NCBI GenBank assembly: GCA_039795895.1
Contig: JBDKKW010000004.1
Span: 1-59,955 of the forward strand
Reading direction: 5' to 3'
Length of the DNA stretch: 59,955 nucleotides
From: Candidatus Parcubacteria bacterium
GTDB lineage: Bacteria; Patescibacteriota; Minisyncoccia; Phycocordibacterales; JBAYGS01
Shown here: positions 8,660-18,851 of the stretch, piece after piece
Position numbering within the stretch: the stretch's first letter is position 1
Layout: the number at the start of each line of letters is the position of its first letter
Made by a program: the position numbers and the translations under genes
Notes under the pieces: model-generated
What the model was told of the DNA's origin: nothing
What the model saw: only the letters and a program-made list of their open reading frames with translations
The model's database searches: none

Positions 8660-10099
8660 TTATTTCTTTAGCACACTTAAAAGCGCTTCACGCAAGAGCT
8701 TTGGATTCGCTGAACCCTTCGAAATCTTCATTCCCTGACCTACCAAAAACTGCAAAGACGCTTCTTTTCCGGCAACAAATTCTGCCACAGCTTCAGGGTT
8801 TTGTGCAACTATTTCGGTAGCGATTTTTTGCATGTGTGCGGGATCATTTTTCTGAATCAGACCCTTTGACTCGGCAATTATTTTTGGACTTCCACCGGAG
8901 ACATACATCACCGCGAGCGTATCTTTTGCACCTCGCGAAGACAACTCTCCTGCTTCAATCAATGCAATTAATTCTGCAAAATGCGGAGCTGTAATTTTAG
9001 ACAATGCAGACACCAATGCGTTTTCGATAGCATCTTTTTTTGCCATACCGAGTACATCCGAAATAAGATAATTCGAAGCTATTTTAATCGACTCGACTCC
9101 TGGAAGTTTTGTCGTGACGGCTTCAAAAAAATCTGCGAGTGGTTTGTTATTTACAAACACTTCGATATCAATTTCTTTCAAACCGAATTGTGTCGCGTAG
9201 CGCGCACGCTTCCCTGCTGGCAATTCTGGCATCGTCTTTTGCAACGACTCGACTGAAAACTCAGGCAACAAACTGAGCTTAAGTTTTGGTAAATCAGGAT
9301 CAGGGAAATAGCGGTAGTCATGTGAATCTTCTTTCAGTCTTTGTGAAAACGTAATCTCTTTATGCTCGTCCCAACCACGAGTTTCTTGTACAATCTTTTC
9401 CCCTTTTTCGAGTAGGTCGATGTGTCGCTTAGTCTCATGGACGATAGCTTTTTCGGCAGCGCGGAATGAGTTGATATTTTTTACTTCCACCTTGGTGCCC
9501 AGTTTTTGTGGATCAGCCGAAACAGAAATATTTGCCTCAACGCGCATCTCCCCTTTCTCCATATTGGCATCACTCGCACCAAGATACTGAAGCAAGAGCT
9601 GAAGCTCTCGCGCAAAATCTCCCGCCTCCTTGGCACCATGAATGACCGGCTCGGTCACCAGCTCCATGAGTGGTACGCCAGCACGATTGAAATCAACGAG
9701 ACTATGATCACCTTGATCGTGAATCGAAGTGGCAGTATCTTCCTCAAGATGCACGCGAGTGATTTTCACCCCGGCCAATTCCCCGCCCGAGACGAGTGGA
9801 TATTTGTACTGACTCAACTGGTAGCCTTTTGGAATATCTGGGTAGAAATAATTTTTGCGATCAAACTCGGTAAAATCAGCGAGCTTACCGCCAAGTGCAA
9901 CCCCCACCTTGAGTACATGTTCGACCGCCTTTTTGTTGATAACCGGAAGCGTTCCTGGATGCCCCATACAGACAGGACACACATTAGCATTAGGTCGAGA
10001 CTCGTCTGGGTCATTTTTTGAATGACAAAACATCTTGGTTGCCGTCTTAAGCTCGGCATGAATTTCAAGACCAACTGTGGTGATATAGTTTTTAGACAT
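8660..10099 (-). CDS. gatB: Asp-tRNA(Asn)/Glu-tRNA(Gln) amidotransferase subunit B
   Basis: GLEIHAEL, CPVCMGHPGTLP, FDRKNYFYPD, RVHLEEDT, YRYFPDPDLP motifs. Start chosen 7 nt downstream of a TATAGT -10 box. Confidence 0.97.
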   Translation of the reverse strand: MSKNYITTVGLEIHAELKTATKMFCHSKNDPDESRPNANVCPVCMGHPGTLPVINKKAVEHVLKVGVALGGKLADFTEFDRKNYFYPDIPKGYQLSQYKYPLVSGGELAGVKITRVHLEEDTATSIHDQGDHSLVDFNRAGVPLMELVTEPVIHGAKEAGDFARELQLLLQYLGASDANMEKGEMRVEANISVSADPQKLGTKVEVKNINSFRAAEKAIVHETKRHIDLLEKGEKIVQETRGWDEHKEITFSQRLKEDSHDYRYFPDPDLPKLKLSLLPEFSVESLQKTMPELPAGKRARYATQFGLKEIDIEVFVNNKPLADFFEAVTTKLPGVESIKIASNYLISDVLGMAKKDAIENALVSALSKITAPHFAELIALIEAGELSSRGAKDTLAVMYVSGGSPKIIAESKGLIQKNDPAHMQKIATEIVAQNPEAVAEFVAGKEASLQFLVGQGMKISKGSANPKLLREALLSVLKK

Positions 10100-10133
10100 A
10101 GACATCACTATACCCGAAAATATCTAAAAGAAA

Positions 10134-10158
10134 AAGCAGACCAGCTAGTGGTCTGCTT
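10134..10158 (-). terminator. Intrinsic terminator
   Basis: AAGCAGACCA-gctag-TGGTCTGCTT with an A-run on the left (U-tract on the minus strand), just after the 10170 stop. Confidence 0.6.
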
Positions 10159-10169
10159 GTGTAAGGAAA

Positions 10170-10442
10170 TTACTCATGTCGAACCTTGTGTGGTCCACTG
10201 ATGGTGAGCGACATAATTCCTGAAGTAAATTTAACCCACCTGTGTTGCACTCCAGGGAATTCCTTGGAAATTACCGTGTTCACATCAAGATGTGTGGGAG
10301 AAAAAACGCTGGTGTTTGGCCAGACAATACTCTTGGTATCTGCCAAAATCTCAATCCGAAAATCCCCTTCAAGAATTCGCTTTTCCCATTCAGGATACCG
10401 TCGACACAAAGCCTTCTTTTCCGCGTCAGTAAGTAATGACAT
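10170..10442 (-). CDS. Hypothetical protein (90 aa)
   Basis: Fills the gap between obgE and gatB, is followed by a terminator, and has plausible composition. Confidence 0.55.
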   Translation of the reverse strand: MSLLTDAEKKALCRRYPEWEKRILEGDFRIEILADTKSIVWPNTSVFSPTHLDVNTVISKEFPGVQHRWVKFTSGIMSLTISGPHKVRHE

Positions 10443-10515
10443 AGGTATAGGTCAGAGAAATTGAAAAAACAGTCTGATATGACCCTACCACAAAATATAT
10501 CGCCACGCAATATGA

Positions 10516-11496
10516 CTACGCCTTTCGAGAATCTCTTAGCAAATCAACAATTTTCTTTGAAAGTGCCTTCAGACCATCGAGATCGTAGACAGAGACAGTA
10601 AGTACAGTCGGACAAAGCTTTTTCATTTTTGAGAGTGCCTCATCGAGCACCTCCCGTGAGACGGTATCAGTCTTGGTCAAAATCACCACTTCTGGCTTTT
10701 CAATCAACACTGGATCAAACTGTTTAAGCTCCTTTCTGACCACTTTGTACACCTTCGTCACATCTGGATTTTCGAGTGAAATCAGATGGAAAAGCATCTT
10801 GGTCTGACGAACATGCTTGAGAAATTTGTGTCCCAAACCTTTACCATCAGACGCCCCTTCGATAAGTCCAGGGATGTCAGTCAAAATATAGCCGTAGATA
10901 TCACCTAGGTTTGGCTCGAGTGTGGTGAAGGCATAATTCCCCACTTTAGCACCAGCATTGGTCAGTGCATTCAAGAGACTTGATTTGCCTGCATTTGGAA
11001 GTCCGATCAATCCCGCATCCGCAATCAGCTCGAGGGTAATATGAAAATCAGCAGACTCAGCGGGATAGCCTGGAGTGGCCTGCACTGGCCTTCGATTGGT
11101 CGAGCTTTTGAAATGTTCGTTACCAAAACCACCATCACCTCCACACAAAATCTTCACCACCTCACCATCCTTAGTGAAGTGAATCACTTGACCTGTAGTA
11201 AGGTTGGTAATAATCGAGCCTACTGGAAAATCAATAATTAAATCATCACCATCGGCACCAGTCATACCACGACGACCACCGTCGCCTCCTACCGGAGCTG
11301 AAAAAGTCTTGATGTGACGATATGAAGCCAAAATACCAATATCACGAACCGCACGGACATAGACGTCCGCTCCCTTGCCCCCGTTGCCTCCAGCAGGGCC
11401 ACCCTTCTCGATAAACTTCTCCCTGCGCCAACGGACCACCCCAGAGCCTCCGCGCCCTGCTTCAATGTGTAGTGTAATGTCGTCGACGAAAGCCAT
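10516..11496 (-). CDS. obgE: Obg family GTPase CgtA/ObgE (no C-terminal OCT domain)
   Basis: Gly-rich Obg fold (GGPAGGNGGKG), GLPNAGKSS, FTTLEPNLG, DIPGLIEGA, TKTD. Confidence 0.97.
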   Translation of the reverse strand: MAFVDDITLHIEAGRGGSGVVRWRREKFIEKGGPAGGNGGKGADVYVRAVRDIGILASYRHIKTFSAPVGGDGGRRGMTGADGDDLIIDFPVGSIITNLTTGQVIHFTKDGEVVKILCGGDGGFGNEHFKSSTNRRPVQATPGYPAESADFHITLELIADAGLIGLPNAGKSSLLNALTNAGAKVGNYAFTTLEPNLGDIYGYILTDIPGLIEGASDGKGLGHKFLKHVRQTKMLFHLISLENPDVTKVYKVVRKELKQFDPVLIEKPEVVILTKTDTVSREVLDEALSKMKKLCPTVLTVSVYDLDGLKALSKKIVDLLRDSRKA

Positions 11497-11580
11497 AAAG
11501 AGAAGTTGCTAGTTATTAGTTGATAGTCTTTAGTAAAGAGAATCGAAAAAGCACTATATCATTAAAACAAGAAAAAGAAA

Positions 11581-11604
11581 AGGCGCGCCGAGTACGGCGC
11601 GCCT
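11581..11604 (-). terminator. Intrinsic terminator
   Basis: AGGCGCGCCG-agta-CGGCGCGCCT preceded by an A-rich run. Confidence 0.6.
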
Positions 11605-11613
11605 AAAGACACA

Positions 11614-11925
11614 CTATGTCCCAAGACCATACGGTATCACCTCAAGATCAAGGCAGTACCACCGACGGCTACTCAGGGAAACAATTTGTGGTGGCTCCCT
11701 CAGACTCAGACTCGTATGCTGATCATAGTGGTCGCACTGAAGCTTCAAGAAACTCTCTTTTACCTCTTGAAGTCTGGTGGGATCAAAATCACCATGTCTG
11801 TCTAGCAAGTTCACCTCATCAATCTGAAGACTAATCCTTTGATTGACACACACCACCGTGTATGCAATTCCCCGTCGAGCAGTTGTAAAAGTCTCCACCG
11901 GACGTCGAAATATCAAAGTCGCCAT
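11614..11925 (-). CDS. Hypothetical protein (103 aa)
   Basis: ATG-start ORF followed by a terminator; no recognisable motif. Confidence 0.55.
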   Translation of the reverse strand: MATLIFRRPVETFTTARRGIAYTVVCVNQRISLQIDEVNLLDRHGDFDPTRLQEVKESFLKLQCDHYDQHTSLSLREPPQIVSLSSRRWYCLDLEVIPYGLGT

Positions 11926-11992
11926 GAGTAAAGCCTTTCATTTAAAATGACTGTTCTCAAAATACCTTACCACGCCAATTAAACGAAGACAA

Positions 11993-12889
11993 CTACGCCT
12001 CAATCGCTTTTTTTGCCAAAGCTATCGCTCCCTCCTTGCTCATAGCGACTGCCATAAAACGTGCGTTATGTGCAAAAACTGCATCAAATACTCCAGAAAC
12101 TCTTACTAATTCTTGATCTCTTTTACCTGCCCAACTCAGAGGAAAATCCTTTCGATTTTTAAAATTATCATCACTTACCCTCATCGCCTTCACCACCCAT
12201 CTTCCGTGATCTCGTGGATATACCACATACAATGGCTCAGAAAATTCACGGAGTACCGCCTGTGCCGGATAATTTTTTGAAAGTATAATAATCCGCTTAT
12301 CCTCTGCAGAGGCGTAGTCAGCTAATACTAATTTCTTAGCTTCTTCCTCATCCTGCAAAAATTTAATTTTACGGGCAATGATTTTTTTAAAAAGATCTAC
12401 CGTCTCAAAAAACTTCTCATCGTGACTTGCCTGGGAATCTTTCCAAGTTGGATTACAAGCGAACACAAGTGCATTTAGACTAATCGGTTGAACACCAGAA
12501 ATAATCGATGTGCAGTAATTAATACCATTATCCGTAGCATCCGTTGGCTGGACAAACACTTCGTCAAATCGCTTTGCCACTGCCTCATTCCCCGCAATCT
12601 CCACTCCAAACCGCTTCCAAATCAATCCGAAAGCTGCGTATGGCACACCATTTTCTCTTTTGCCTGCACCACCCTCTTGATGATGATCAAAATTTTTGAC
12701 CCCGTCATTTTTCCCTCCCACATCAAGTACAATATCTCCACTCGCTATCACCTTCGGGTCACGACTACGAAACACCTTGAGCCGTGATCCATACAAAAGA
12801 GACAAGCAGGCTACCGCACAGACATCATCCGCATGAAAGCTACTATCATGCGTCACTGCCACAATCTTTTTCTGGAAGAGCCCGAACAT
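11993..12889 (-). CDS. MYG1 (UPF0160) family DHH-like exonuclease
   Basis: THDSSFHADD, RSRDP, DVGG, FDHHQ, DATDNG, FAHNARF motifs. Confidence 0.9.
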   Translation of the reverse strand: MFGLFQKKIVAVTHDSSFHADDVCAVACLSLLYGSRLKVFRSRDPKVIASGDIVLDVGGKNDGVKNFDHHQEGGAGKRENGVPYAAFGLIWKRFGVEIAGNEAVAKRFDEVFVQPTDATDNGINYCTSIISGVQPISLNALVFACNPTWKDSQASHDEKFFETVDLFKKIIARKIKFLQDEEEAKKLVLADYASAEDKRIIILSKNYPAQAVLREFSEPLYVVYPRDHGRWVVKAMRVSDDNFKNRKDFPLSWAGKRDQELVRVSGVFDAVFAHNARFMAVAMSKEGAIALAKKAIEA

Positions 12890-13296
12890 TACTGTGATTT
12901 TTTATCGAGCAATGCTTTTATATCTTTGAGTTGTGTCTCGAGCACATTCAATCGACGATCCACCGAAGCGAGCATAGTAGTTTCCATTGCCACCTCACTT
13001 TCGGTCTGATCCGCCACCTTATGCTCGTGTTTGAGACCGGAGAGAATAATCCGATCTCCAATAAAGAACGATACAAAGAGACCTGTTGAGAGCATAATCA
13101 CGCTACTCACCCCAATCGACACCCAGCTATTTTGAATATACGGCAACGCATCAGCCAAATGCCACACACCTCGCCAAAAAAGCACAATCGCCACACCCCC
13201 CAAAAAAGCGTATGGAATTGGATGATGACTCAGCTTTCCACGAACCATATCCTCAAACTTATCAAGTGCCCGATAGATACTCTTAATGGTATTCAT
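12889..13296 (-). CDS. Hypothetical membrane protein with C-terminal coiled coil
   Basis: Two TM segments (FLGGVAIVLFWRGVW; VIMLSTGLFVSFFIG); the stop overlaps the MYG1 start. Confidence 0.8.
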   Translation of the reverse strand: MNTIKSIYRALDKFEDMVRGKLSHHPIPYAFLGGVAIVLFWRGVWHLADALPYIQNSWVSIGVSSVIMLSTGLFVSFFIGDRIILSGLKHEHKVADQTESEVAMETTMLASVDRRLNVLETQLKDIKALLDKKSQ

Positions 13297-13419
13297 GAAG
13301 ATAGTATATGAAAAATAGAAGAATCAAGCAATCAACGAGCCCACAAACAATCATTGACATATTTGATATTATACAGTATCTTTGTCAGTAGATTTTCACT
13401 CACAAACCAAAGGAGCGAT

Positions 13420-13653
13420 ATGTTCATTATTCCTCATTCCCTTCCCACTTCAGGGAGGAAAGGCGCAGATAAACTTAAGGTACTCGATCGTCGGGGAGAT
13501 TTTTTACAAAAACGAATCAGTGAGTGGCCTGAAAAAGATCGTGGTTATGACAAACAAGAACTCAGTGCCCTCAAATGGGCCATCAGGCAAATCCTCACGC
13601 ATGAAAAAATTCCCATTGAGGAAACCTCTCTACCCTCGAAGCTTCCGCAGTGA
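13420..13653 (+). CDS. Hypothetical protein (77 aa)
   Basis: TTGACA at 13355, AAGGAG SD before ATG 13420, and hairpin CCAGTACTC-agcc-GAGTACTGG plus T-run downstream. Confidence 0.6.
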   Translation: MFIIPHSLPTSGRKGADKLKVLDRRGDFLQKRISEWPEKDRGYDKQELSALKWAIRQILTHEKIPIEETSLPSKLPQ

Positions 13654-13704
13654 CACAGCGCCAGTACTCAGCCGAGTACTGGTTTTTTAATTCAAAACTA
13701 AAAC

Positions 13705-14436
13705 CTACAGGACGTCCGGCTTAAAATCGTTTCGACTCCAATTCCAAAGCACGGGGTGCATCTGCACGGGTGTCAGCGAGCTATTCTTCAAAAGAGCTTC
13801 CCAAAGAGATGCAGTCTCAAGAGCGGTACTTCCCTCGGGAGCAACACCGAGCTTGATCGAGCACTGCATTACATGAGTGTCGGGAATGATGGAAATTTCA
13901 CTCATATTTAAAAGCTTTGCGTCGGTATACTGACTAATAATATACAGCCAGTAATTCGCCATCTTTGGTCCTCGCAGATGAGTAAAATGTTCACGTTTGT
14001 CTTGCTGAATCGTTTTTAAAATAACCACCACATCATTGTTTGCTGATTTCAAGAGTTCGCGTGGGTCATTTTTGTAGAAGGCGTTGAGCGTTTTTGAAAT
14101 GGCAATCCAAATATCCGTATGCTTATTTTTCTGAAGGGCCAATTTGTGTTTGACCAAATCTGCCTGGATTTTTTCTCGAGAGTGCTCAACCACCTTTTCT
14201 GGAAAAAAGAGGTAGTTGGTTTTGGGATCGTTCCAAGTAGCTAAAGCTGAACGCCACAGTGCTGGAGAGTGTCTCTGAAAATTAATACATGGGGGCAAGG
14301 TAAAATACAAATAATTTTCCCGACTACCCTTAGGTAAATCAGGATGCACCTCATGCTCCGCAAGGGTTGGAATCTTACCCGAGTGGAATAGATCGAAAAG
14401 CTTTTGGACTTGTTTGAGTTTAGGATTACTTTTCAT
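13705..14436 (-). CDS. HhH-GPD superfamily DNA glycosylase-like protein
   Basis: HhH-like LRGPKMANYW followed by IPDTHV (the D-x-H-V catalytic Asp motif); no Fe-S cysteines. Confidence 0.6.
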   Translation of the reverse strand: MKSNPKLKQVQKLFDLFHSGKIPTLAEHEVHPDLPKGSRENYLYFTLPPCINFQRHSPALWRSALATWNDPKTNYLFFPEKVVEHSREKIQADLVKHKLALQKNKHTDIWIAISKTLNAFYKNDPRELLKSANNDVVVILKTIQQDKREHFTHLRGPKMANYWLYIISQYTDAKLLNMSEISIIPDTHVMQCSIKLGVAPEGSTALETASLWEALLKNSSLTPVQMHPVLWNWSRNDFKPDVL

Positions 14437-14452
14437 TAGATTTTACCCCTTA

Positions 14453-14704
14453 TTATTCTTGTTTCCGTCGATAGTCCTCTGCCTTTTTCAAAGCATAGAA
14501 AGTCATTTCTTCCACAGAAATACCAATCATCTCCGCTACCTGCTCAATATAGTCGGGATTTGCCGACTCATTTCCCTCATAGGGAGCAAAGACAGCAATA
14601 TCGCCCAGCACATCATCAGCGGTCATACCTTGCTGTTCAGCAAGGCTCTCAATCAAGCCATCAATTCCCCTTTCTCTTTGTTCAAAATTTGGTGCGCCTT
14701 CCAT
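14453..14704 (-). CDS. Small acidic hypothetical protein
   Basis: Tightly packed ORF downstream of secA. Confidence 0.65.
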   Translation of the reverse strand: MEGAPNFEQRERGIDGLIESLAEQQGMTADDVLGDIAVFAPYEGNESANPDYIEQVAEMIGISVEEMTFYALKKAEDYRRKQE

Positions 14705-14717
14705 AAATCAAATATCG

Positions 14718-14870
14718 CTAACTAGCTTTAAACGACCGCACAACCCCCTCATAGCATTTCACACACAAGTGAAATTTTCGAACCATATCTTTTTTCGGTG
14801 GACTGAGTAAAATTCCGCCGAATTCTTTCAATTCGTCGCCACACTTATCACATTTTGGAGTAATCGCCAT
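14718..14870 (-). CDS. Small zinc-finger protein (50 aa)
   Basis: MAITPKCDKC...HLCVKC; starts 4 nt after the secA stop. Confidence 0.7.
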   Translation of the reverse strand: MAITPKCDKCGDELKEFGGILLSPPKKDMVRKFHLCVKCYEGVVRSFKAS

Positions 14871-14874
14871 AATA

Positions 14875-17337
14875 TTATTGACCGTGACACTTCTTAAACT
14901 TCTTTCCACTTCCGCAGTAACACGGGTCATTTCTACCCACCGTCGTAGTCTTTTCCTGACCTGAGTCACCAGCCTGGCCAGTGATTTCTGTCGCACGAGA
15001 TTGCGTATCAGCAAGCACTCGTGTAGGTGCACCACCCATCGTTCCGCCCGCATGAGGCAACACTTCCAGTACCTGAGCTTTGACTGCCAATTCCATTTCC
15101 TTAAACATTCGCAAGCCTTCTTTTTTGTATTCAACAAGCGGATCACGCTGACCGTAGGCACGGAGATTCACACTACTGCGGAGATAATCCATCACTTCCA
15201 AATGCTCCACCCAGAACATATCGATCGTCTGGAGCAACACCATCTTTGCAAGATTCAAAAACGCATCATTCCCCACCTCTTTTCGGCGAGCGGTGATCTT
15301 TTCCAAAACTGGAGCTTCGGCGCCTGTGAGCATCTCAGCAAGCACCACATCAACTTCAGAAATCTCTCCGAGCAACAACTTTCGACGACGAGCATAGACA
15401 ATCTTTCGTTGATGATTGAGCACATCATCATAATCAAGCACATGTTTTCGCGAATCAAAATTAAATCCTTCGATCTTGGTCTGGGCTGTTTCGAGCGAGC
15501 GTGTGAGCATCTTGTACTCAATCGCCTGATCTTCTGGCATACCGAGCTTGTTCATCATTGAACGCACTGCATCGCCGGCAAATACTCGCATCAAATTGTC
15601 TTCAAGTGACACAAAAAATTGTGTTGCACCCGGATCACCCTGACGTCCCGATCGCCCTCGAAGCTGGTTGTCGATGCGTCGCGCTTCGTGACGCTCGGTA
15701 CCGAGCACAAAGAGACCACCGAGCGCTCGCACTTCGTCTGCAAGCTCCACCTTAAACGGCTGACCCCCAAGCTTAATATCCACACCACGACCTGCGAGGT
15801 TGGTAGCAATCGTCACCGCACCCTTTTTACCCGCCTGAGCAATAATCTCACCTTCTTTTTCGTGATTTTTGGCATTGAGCACCTGATGAGGTACACCGGC
15901 TGTCGACAAATATTGCGCCAAGATTTCATTCTTTTCAATCGATGCCGTACCAATAAGTACCGGCTGACCCTTTTGATGCAATTCTTTCACCTTTCGCGCC
16001 ACTGCCTTGTATTTACCCACCTCAGTGCGATACATTTGATCATTGAGATCGATACGCTGAATCGTGCGGTTGGTCGGCACCACAGTCGTCTCAAGTCCAT
16101 ACACTTTATAAAACTCCTCGGCAGAAGTCATAGCGGTACCTGTCATACCCGAAAGCTTTTCGTACATTCGGAAGAAATTTTGGTAGGTAATAGACGCAAA
16201 AGTACGAGATTCTTTTTGAATCTTCGCACCCTCTTTTGCTTCAATCGCCTGATGCAAACCTTCAGACCAGCGTCGTCCCGGCTGGAGTCGCCCCGTGAAG
16301 GTATCGACAATAATCACCTCATCATCCTTCACCACATAGTCGACATCTTTTTGGTAGATTGCCTTCGCTCGAACTGCCGTCTCAAGATGATGCACAAATT
16401 TCACTCCACCCTCAGTGTAGAGATTCTCGATACCGAGGATCTTTTCAGTCTTTTCGATACCAGCTGGGGTGAGTGAGATCGCTTTCAATTTTTCATCCAC
16501 GGTAAAATCAACATCTCGAACAAGCTTCGACGCAATGCCCGCAAAGCGCACATACAAATCCTCAGATTCGGTCGTTGCCGAAGAAATAATCAGCGGGGTG
16601 CGCGCTTCATCGATCAAGATCGAGTCGATTTCATCGACAATAGCGTAGTGGTAGCCTCGCTCACGAATCGCCTTTGCGTCGTACTCCAAATTGTCTCGCA
16701 AATAATCAAAACCAAACTCACTGTTGGTACCATAGGTAATATCGGCACGATAGGCTTCTTGTCGTGAGCATGGACGCAAAAATTCATGCACCACTTTAAA
16801 CGAGCCGAGCAAATCGCGCTTTTCATCAAGCTCACGGTGATTTGGATCATACAAAAACGAACTGTCGTGATTGAGCACTCCAACTGAAAGTCCGAGGGCC
16901 GAATAAATCTGTCCCATCCAGACCGCATCGCGACGTGAGAGGTAGTCGTTGACTGTCACCACGTGTACCCCTTTGCCGGTAAGCGCATTGAGATAGGCAG
17001 GTAAAGTGGCTACGAGCGTCTTCCCTTCTCCGGTACGCATTTCAGCAATACCTTTGTGATGCAAGATCATTCCTCCCACAAGCTGTACATCGAAATGTCG
17101 TTCTTTGAGGGTGCGACGAGCGGATTCACGCACTACCGCAAAAGCTTCGGAGAGAAGTGAGTCGAGTGTCTCGCCTTTTGCCAAGCGGGCTTTAAATTCA
17201 GCGGTCTTGGCTTTGAGCGCCTCGTCTGAGAGCTTCTTGAGCCCTTCCTCAAGCGCGTTGATTTCAGGCACCTTCGCCAAAAAAGGCTTTAATGCCTTGT
17301 CGTTTTTGCTACCAAATAGTTTTTCTAAGCCGAACAT
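14875..17337 (-). CDS. secA: Preprotein translocase subunit SecA
   Basis: MRTGEGKT, DEIDSILIDEARTPLIIS, RRIDNQLRGRSGRQGDPG, and C-terminal SEC-C GRNDPCYCGSGKKFKKCHG. Confidence 0.98.
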   Translation of the reverse strand: MFGLEKLFGSKNDKALKPFLAKVPEINALEEGLKKLSDEALKAKTAEFKARLAKGETLDSLLSEAFAVVRESARRTLKERHFDVQLVGGMILHHKGIAEMRTGEGKTLVATLPAYLNALTGKGVHVVTVNDYLSRRDAVWMGQIYSALGLSVGVLNHDSSFLYDPNHRELDEKRDLLGSFKVVHEFLRPCSRQEAYRADITYGTNSEFGFDYLRDNLEYDAKAIRERGYHYAIVDEIDSILIDEARTPLIISSATTESEDLYVRFAGIASKLVRDVDFTVDEKLKAISLTPAGIEKTEKILGIENLYTEGGVKFVHHLETAVRAKAIYQKDVDYVVKDDEVIIVDTFTGRLQPGRRWSEGLHQAIEAKEGAKIQKESRTFASITYQNFFRMYEKLSGMTGTAMTSAEEFYKVYGLETTVVPTNRTIQRIDLNDQMYRTEVGKYKAVARKVKELHQKGQPVLIGTASIEKNEILAQYLSTAGVPHQVLNAKNHEKEGEIIAQAGKKGAVTIATNLAGRGVDIKLGGQPFKVELADEVRALGGLFVLGTERHEARRIDNQLRGRSGRQGDPGATQFFVSLEDNLMRVFAGDAVRSMMNKLGMPEDQAIEYKMLTRSLETAQTKIEGFNFDSRKHVLDYDDVLNHQRKIVYARRRKLLLGEISEVDVVLAEMLTGAEAPVLEKITARRKEVGNDAFLNLAKMVLLQTIDMFWVEHLEVMDYLRSSVNLRAYGQRDPLVEYKKEGLRMFKEMELAVKAQVLEVLPHAGGTMGGAPTRVLADTQSRATEITGQAGDSGQEKTTTVGRNDPCYCGSGKKFKKCHGQ

Positions 17338-17483
17338 TGGGGTATCATAACACAGGATAGACACTAGTAGTTAGTAGTAAGACACTAGTCAAGAAAAGAC
17401 ACATCAGGGGGAAAAGTTGCACAAAATAGCCAAAAAGAGTACTCTTGAGGGAGAAATTGCACTACTCATATACAGGAGGTTTT

Positions 17484-17789
17484 ATGGCTGAAGGTCTACG
17501 TTGCAGAGATTGTGGTTGGCAGGAAAGTGATCACATCACAGATTGGATTAGTGAACCAGAAAGAGGCAACGCCACTGGTTTTAAACACAGCCTCACGACG
17601 TGCCCAGGATTCAACCCAAACCCAAAAGAGGTTCGTGCCGCCGAAGCCCAAAGAGCTAAGGAATATGCATGGGCGGGCACTGTCGCAGAAGGACGAGCAC
17701 GGACACGCACCATTATCCTGGGAGACGTTCTCGCCGGAAGATGGGGAAAAGGTTGGCAAAAAGTAGCGAGACAAATAACCACTTACTAA
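17484..17789 (+). CDS. Hypothetical protein with CxxC/His/Cys putative Zn site
   Basis: AGGAGG SD before ATG 17484; CRDC...H...C residues. Confidence 0.6.
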   Translation: MAEGLRCRDCGWQESDHITDWISEPERGNATGFKHSLTTCPGFNPNPKEVRAAEAQRAKEYAWAGTVAEGRARTRTIILGDVLAGRWGKGWQKVARQITTY

Positions 17790-17806
17790 AAGTAGGTGGT
17801 TTTTAC

Positions 17807-18832
17807 TTAAATTCGTTCGACTTCGGGTTCGATAGTAATACCAGTCTTCTCGAAGACTATTTTGATAATTTTTTGAGCAAAGTCAGAGACTTCTTGCGCT
17901 GTGGCTCCGCCGAAATTGGTCAGCACTAGCGGTTGGTTTTGAAAGAGACCCACGTTCCCCTCTCGAGTACCTTTGAGACCACAGACGTTATCTAGGATCC
18001 AGGCGAGGGGGATTTTGAAAGTTAATAGTTGATAGTTAATAGTTGATAGCGGGAAACCAGGAAGGTTGGGCCATTTTATTTTCAAACTTTCATACTGTTC
18101 CTGAGAAATAATTGGGTTTTTAAAAAAGGAACCTGCGGTGCCAAACTTGGTGAGATCAGGAAATTTGCCCTTGCGGATTTCAAGAATCGCCTCGCGAAGC
18201 GTTGCCAGAGAAAAATCCATGATGTTCTTTCTTACTCCATATTCACCAATATCTTTGTATGCCAAATTGAGCACACCGTTTTTTTTGAGTAAGAAACACA
18301 CCCGAAGCACCACCAAAGCCCTACCCTCCGGAGTCTTAAAAAAACTGTGTCGATAGGCAAATTGACAGTCGGCATTTGAAAGTCGCTTCACCTTGAGAGT
18401 ATGTTTGTCTAGTACTTCCACCCACTCGATAGTATCTTTGACCTCTGCTCCATACGCACCAATATTTTGAATCGGCGAAGCACCGACGGTACCAGGAATA
18501 CCCGAGAGATTTTCGAGACCATAGAGTCCTTGGGCGACCGTATCAGCAACCAATCCATCCCAGCTTTCCCCCGCCTCCACAATCGCGCGAACCAGATCAC
18601 CCTTTTCTGCATACCGAATCCCTTTCAAAGCCATCTGCACCACCACGCCAGCAAAACCCTCGTCAGACACGAGCATATTGGAACCGCCACCCAAAATTAA
18701 AATGGGGGTGTTATTTTTTTGTGCTCGAGCGACCGCACTGAGTAATTCAGCTTCACTACTCGCCACCACAAACTCCCCAGCTGGTCCGCCAATTTTGAAC
18801 GTCGTATGCTCTTTGAGAAAAACTAAAGACAT
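17807..18832 (-). CDS. murB: UDP-N-acetylenolpyruvoylglucosamine reductase
   Basis: TTFKIGGPA, LGGGSN, GLENLSGIPGTVGASPIQNIGAYG, GSFFKNP, IEPEV. Confidence 0.96.
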   Translation of the reverse strand: MSLVFLKEHTTFKIGGPAGEFVVASSEAELLSAVARAQKNNTPILILGGGSNMLVSDEGFAGVVVQMALKGIRYAEKGDLVRAIVEAGESWDGLVADTVAQGLYGLENLSGIPGTVGASPIQNIGAYGAEVKDTIEWVEVLDKHTLKVKRLSNADCQFAYRHSFFKTPEGRALVVLRVCFLLKKNGVLNLAYKDIGEYGVRKNIMDFSLATLREAILEIRKGKFPDLTKFGTAGSFFKNPIISQEQYESLKIKWPNLPGFPLSTINYQLLTFKIPLAWILDNVCGLKGTREGNVGLFQNQPLVLTNFGGATAQEVSDFAQKIIKIVFEKTGITIEPEVERI

Positions 18833-18851
18833 ACCGCAATCATACACAAAA

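Noticed and set aside
14871-15161. 147-aa ORF overlapping the secA 3' end
   Set aside because: Only the last 50 codons (from ATG 14870) look like a real gene.
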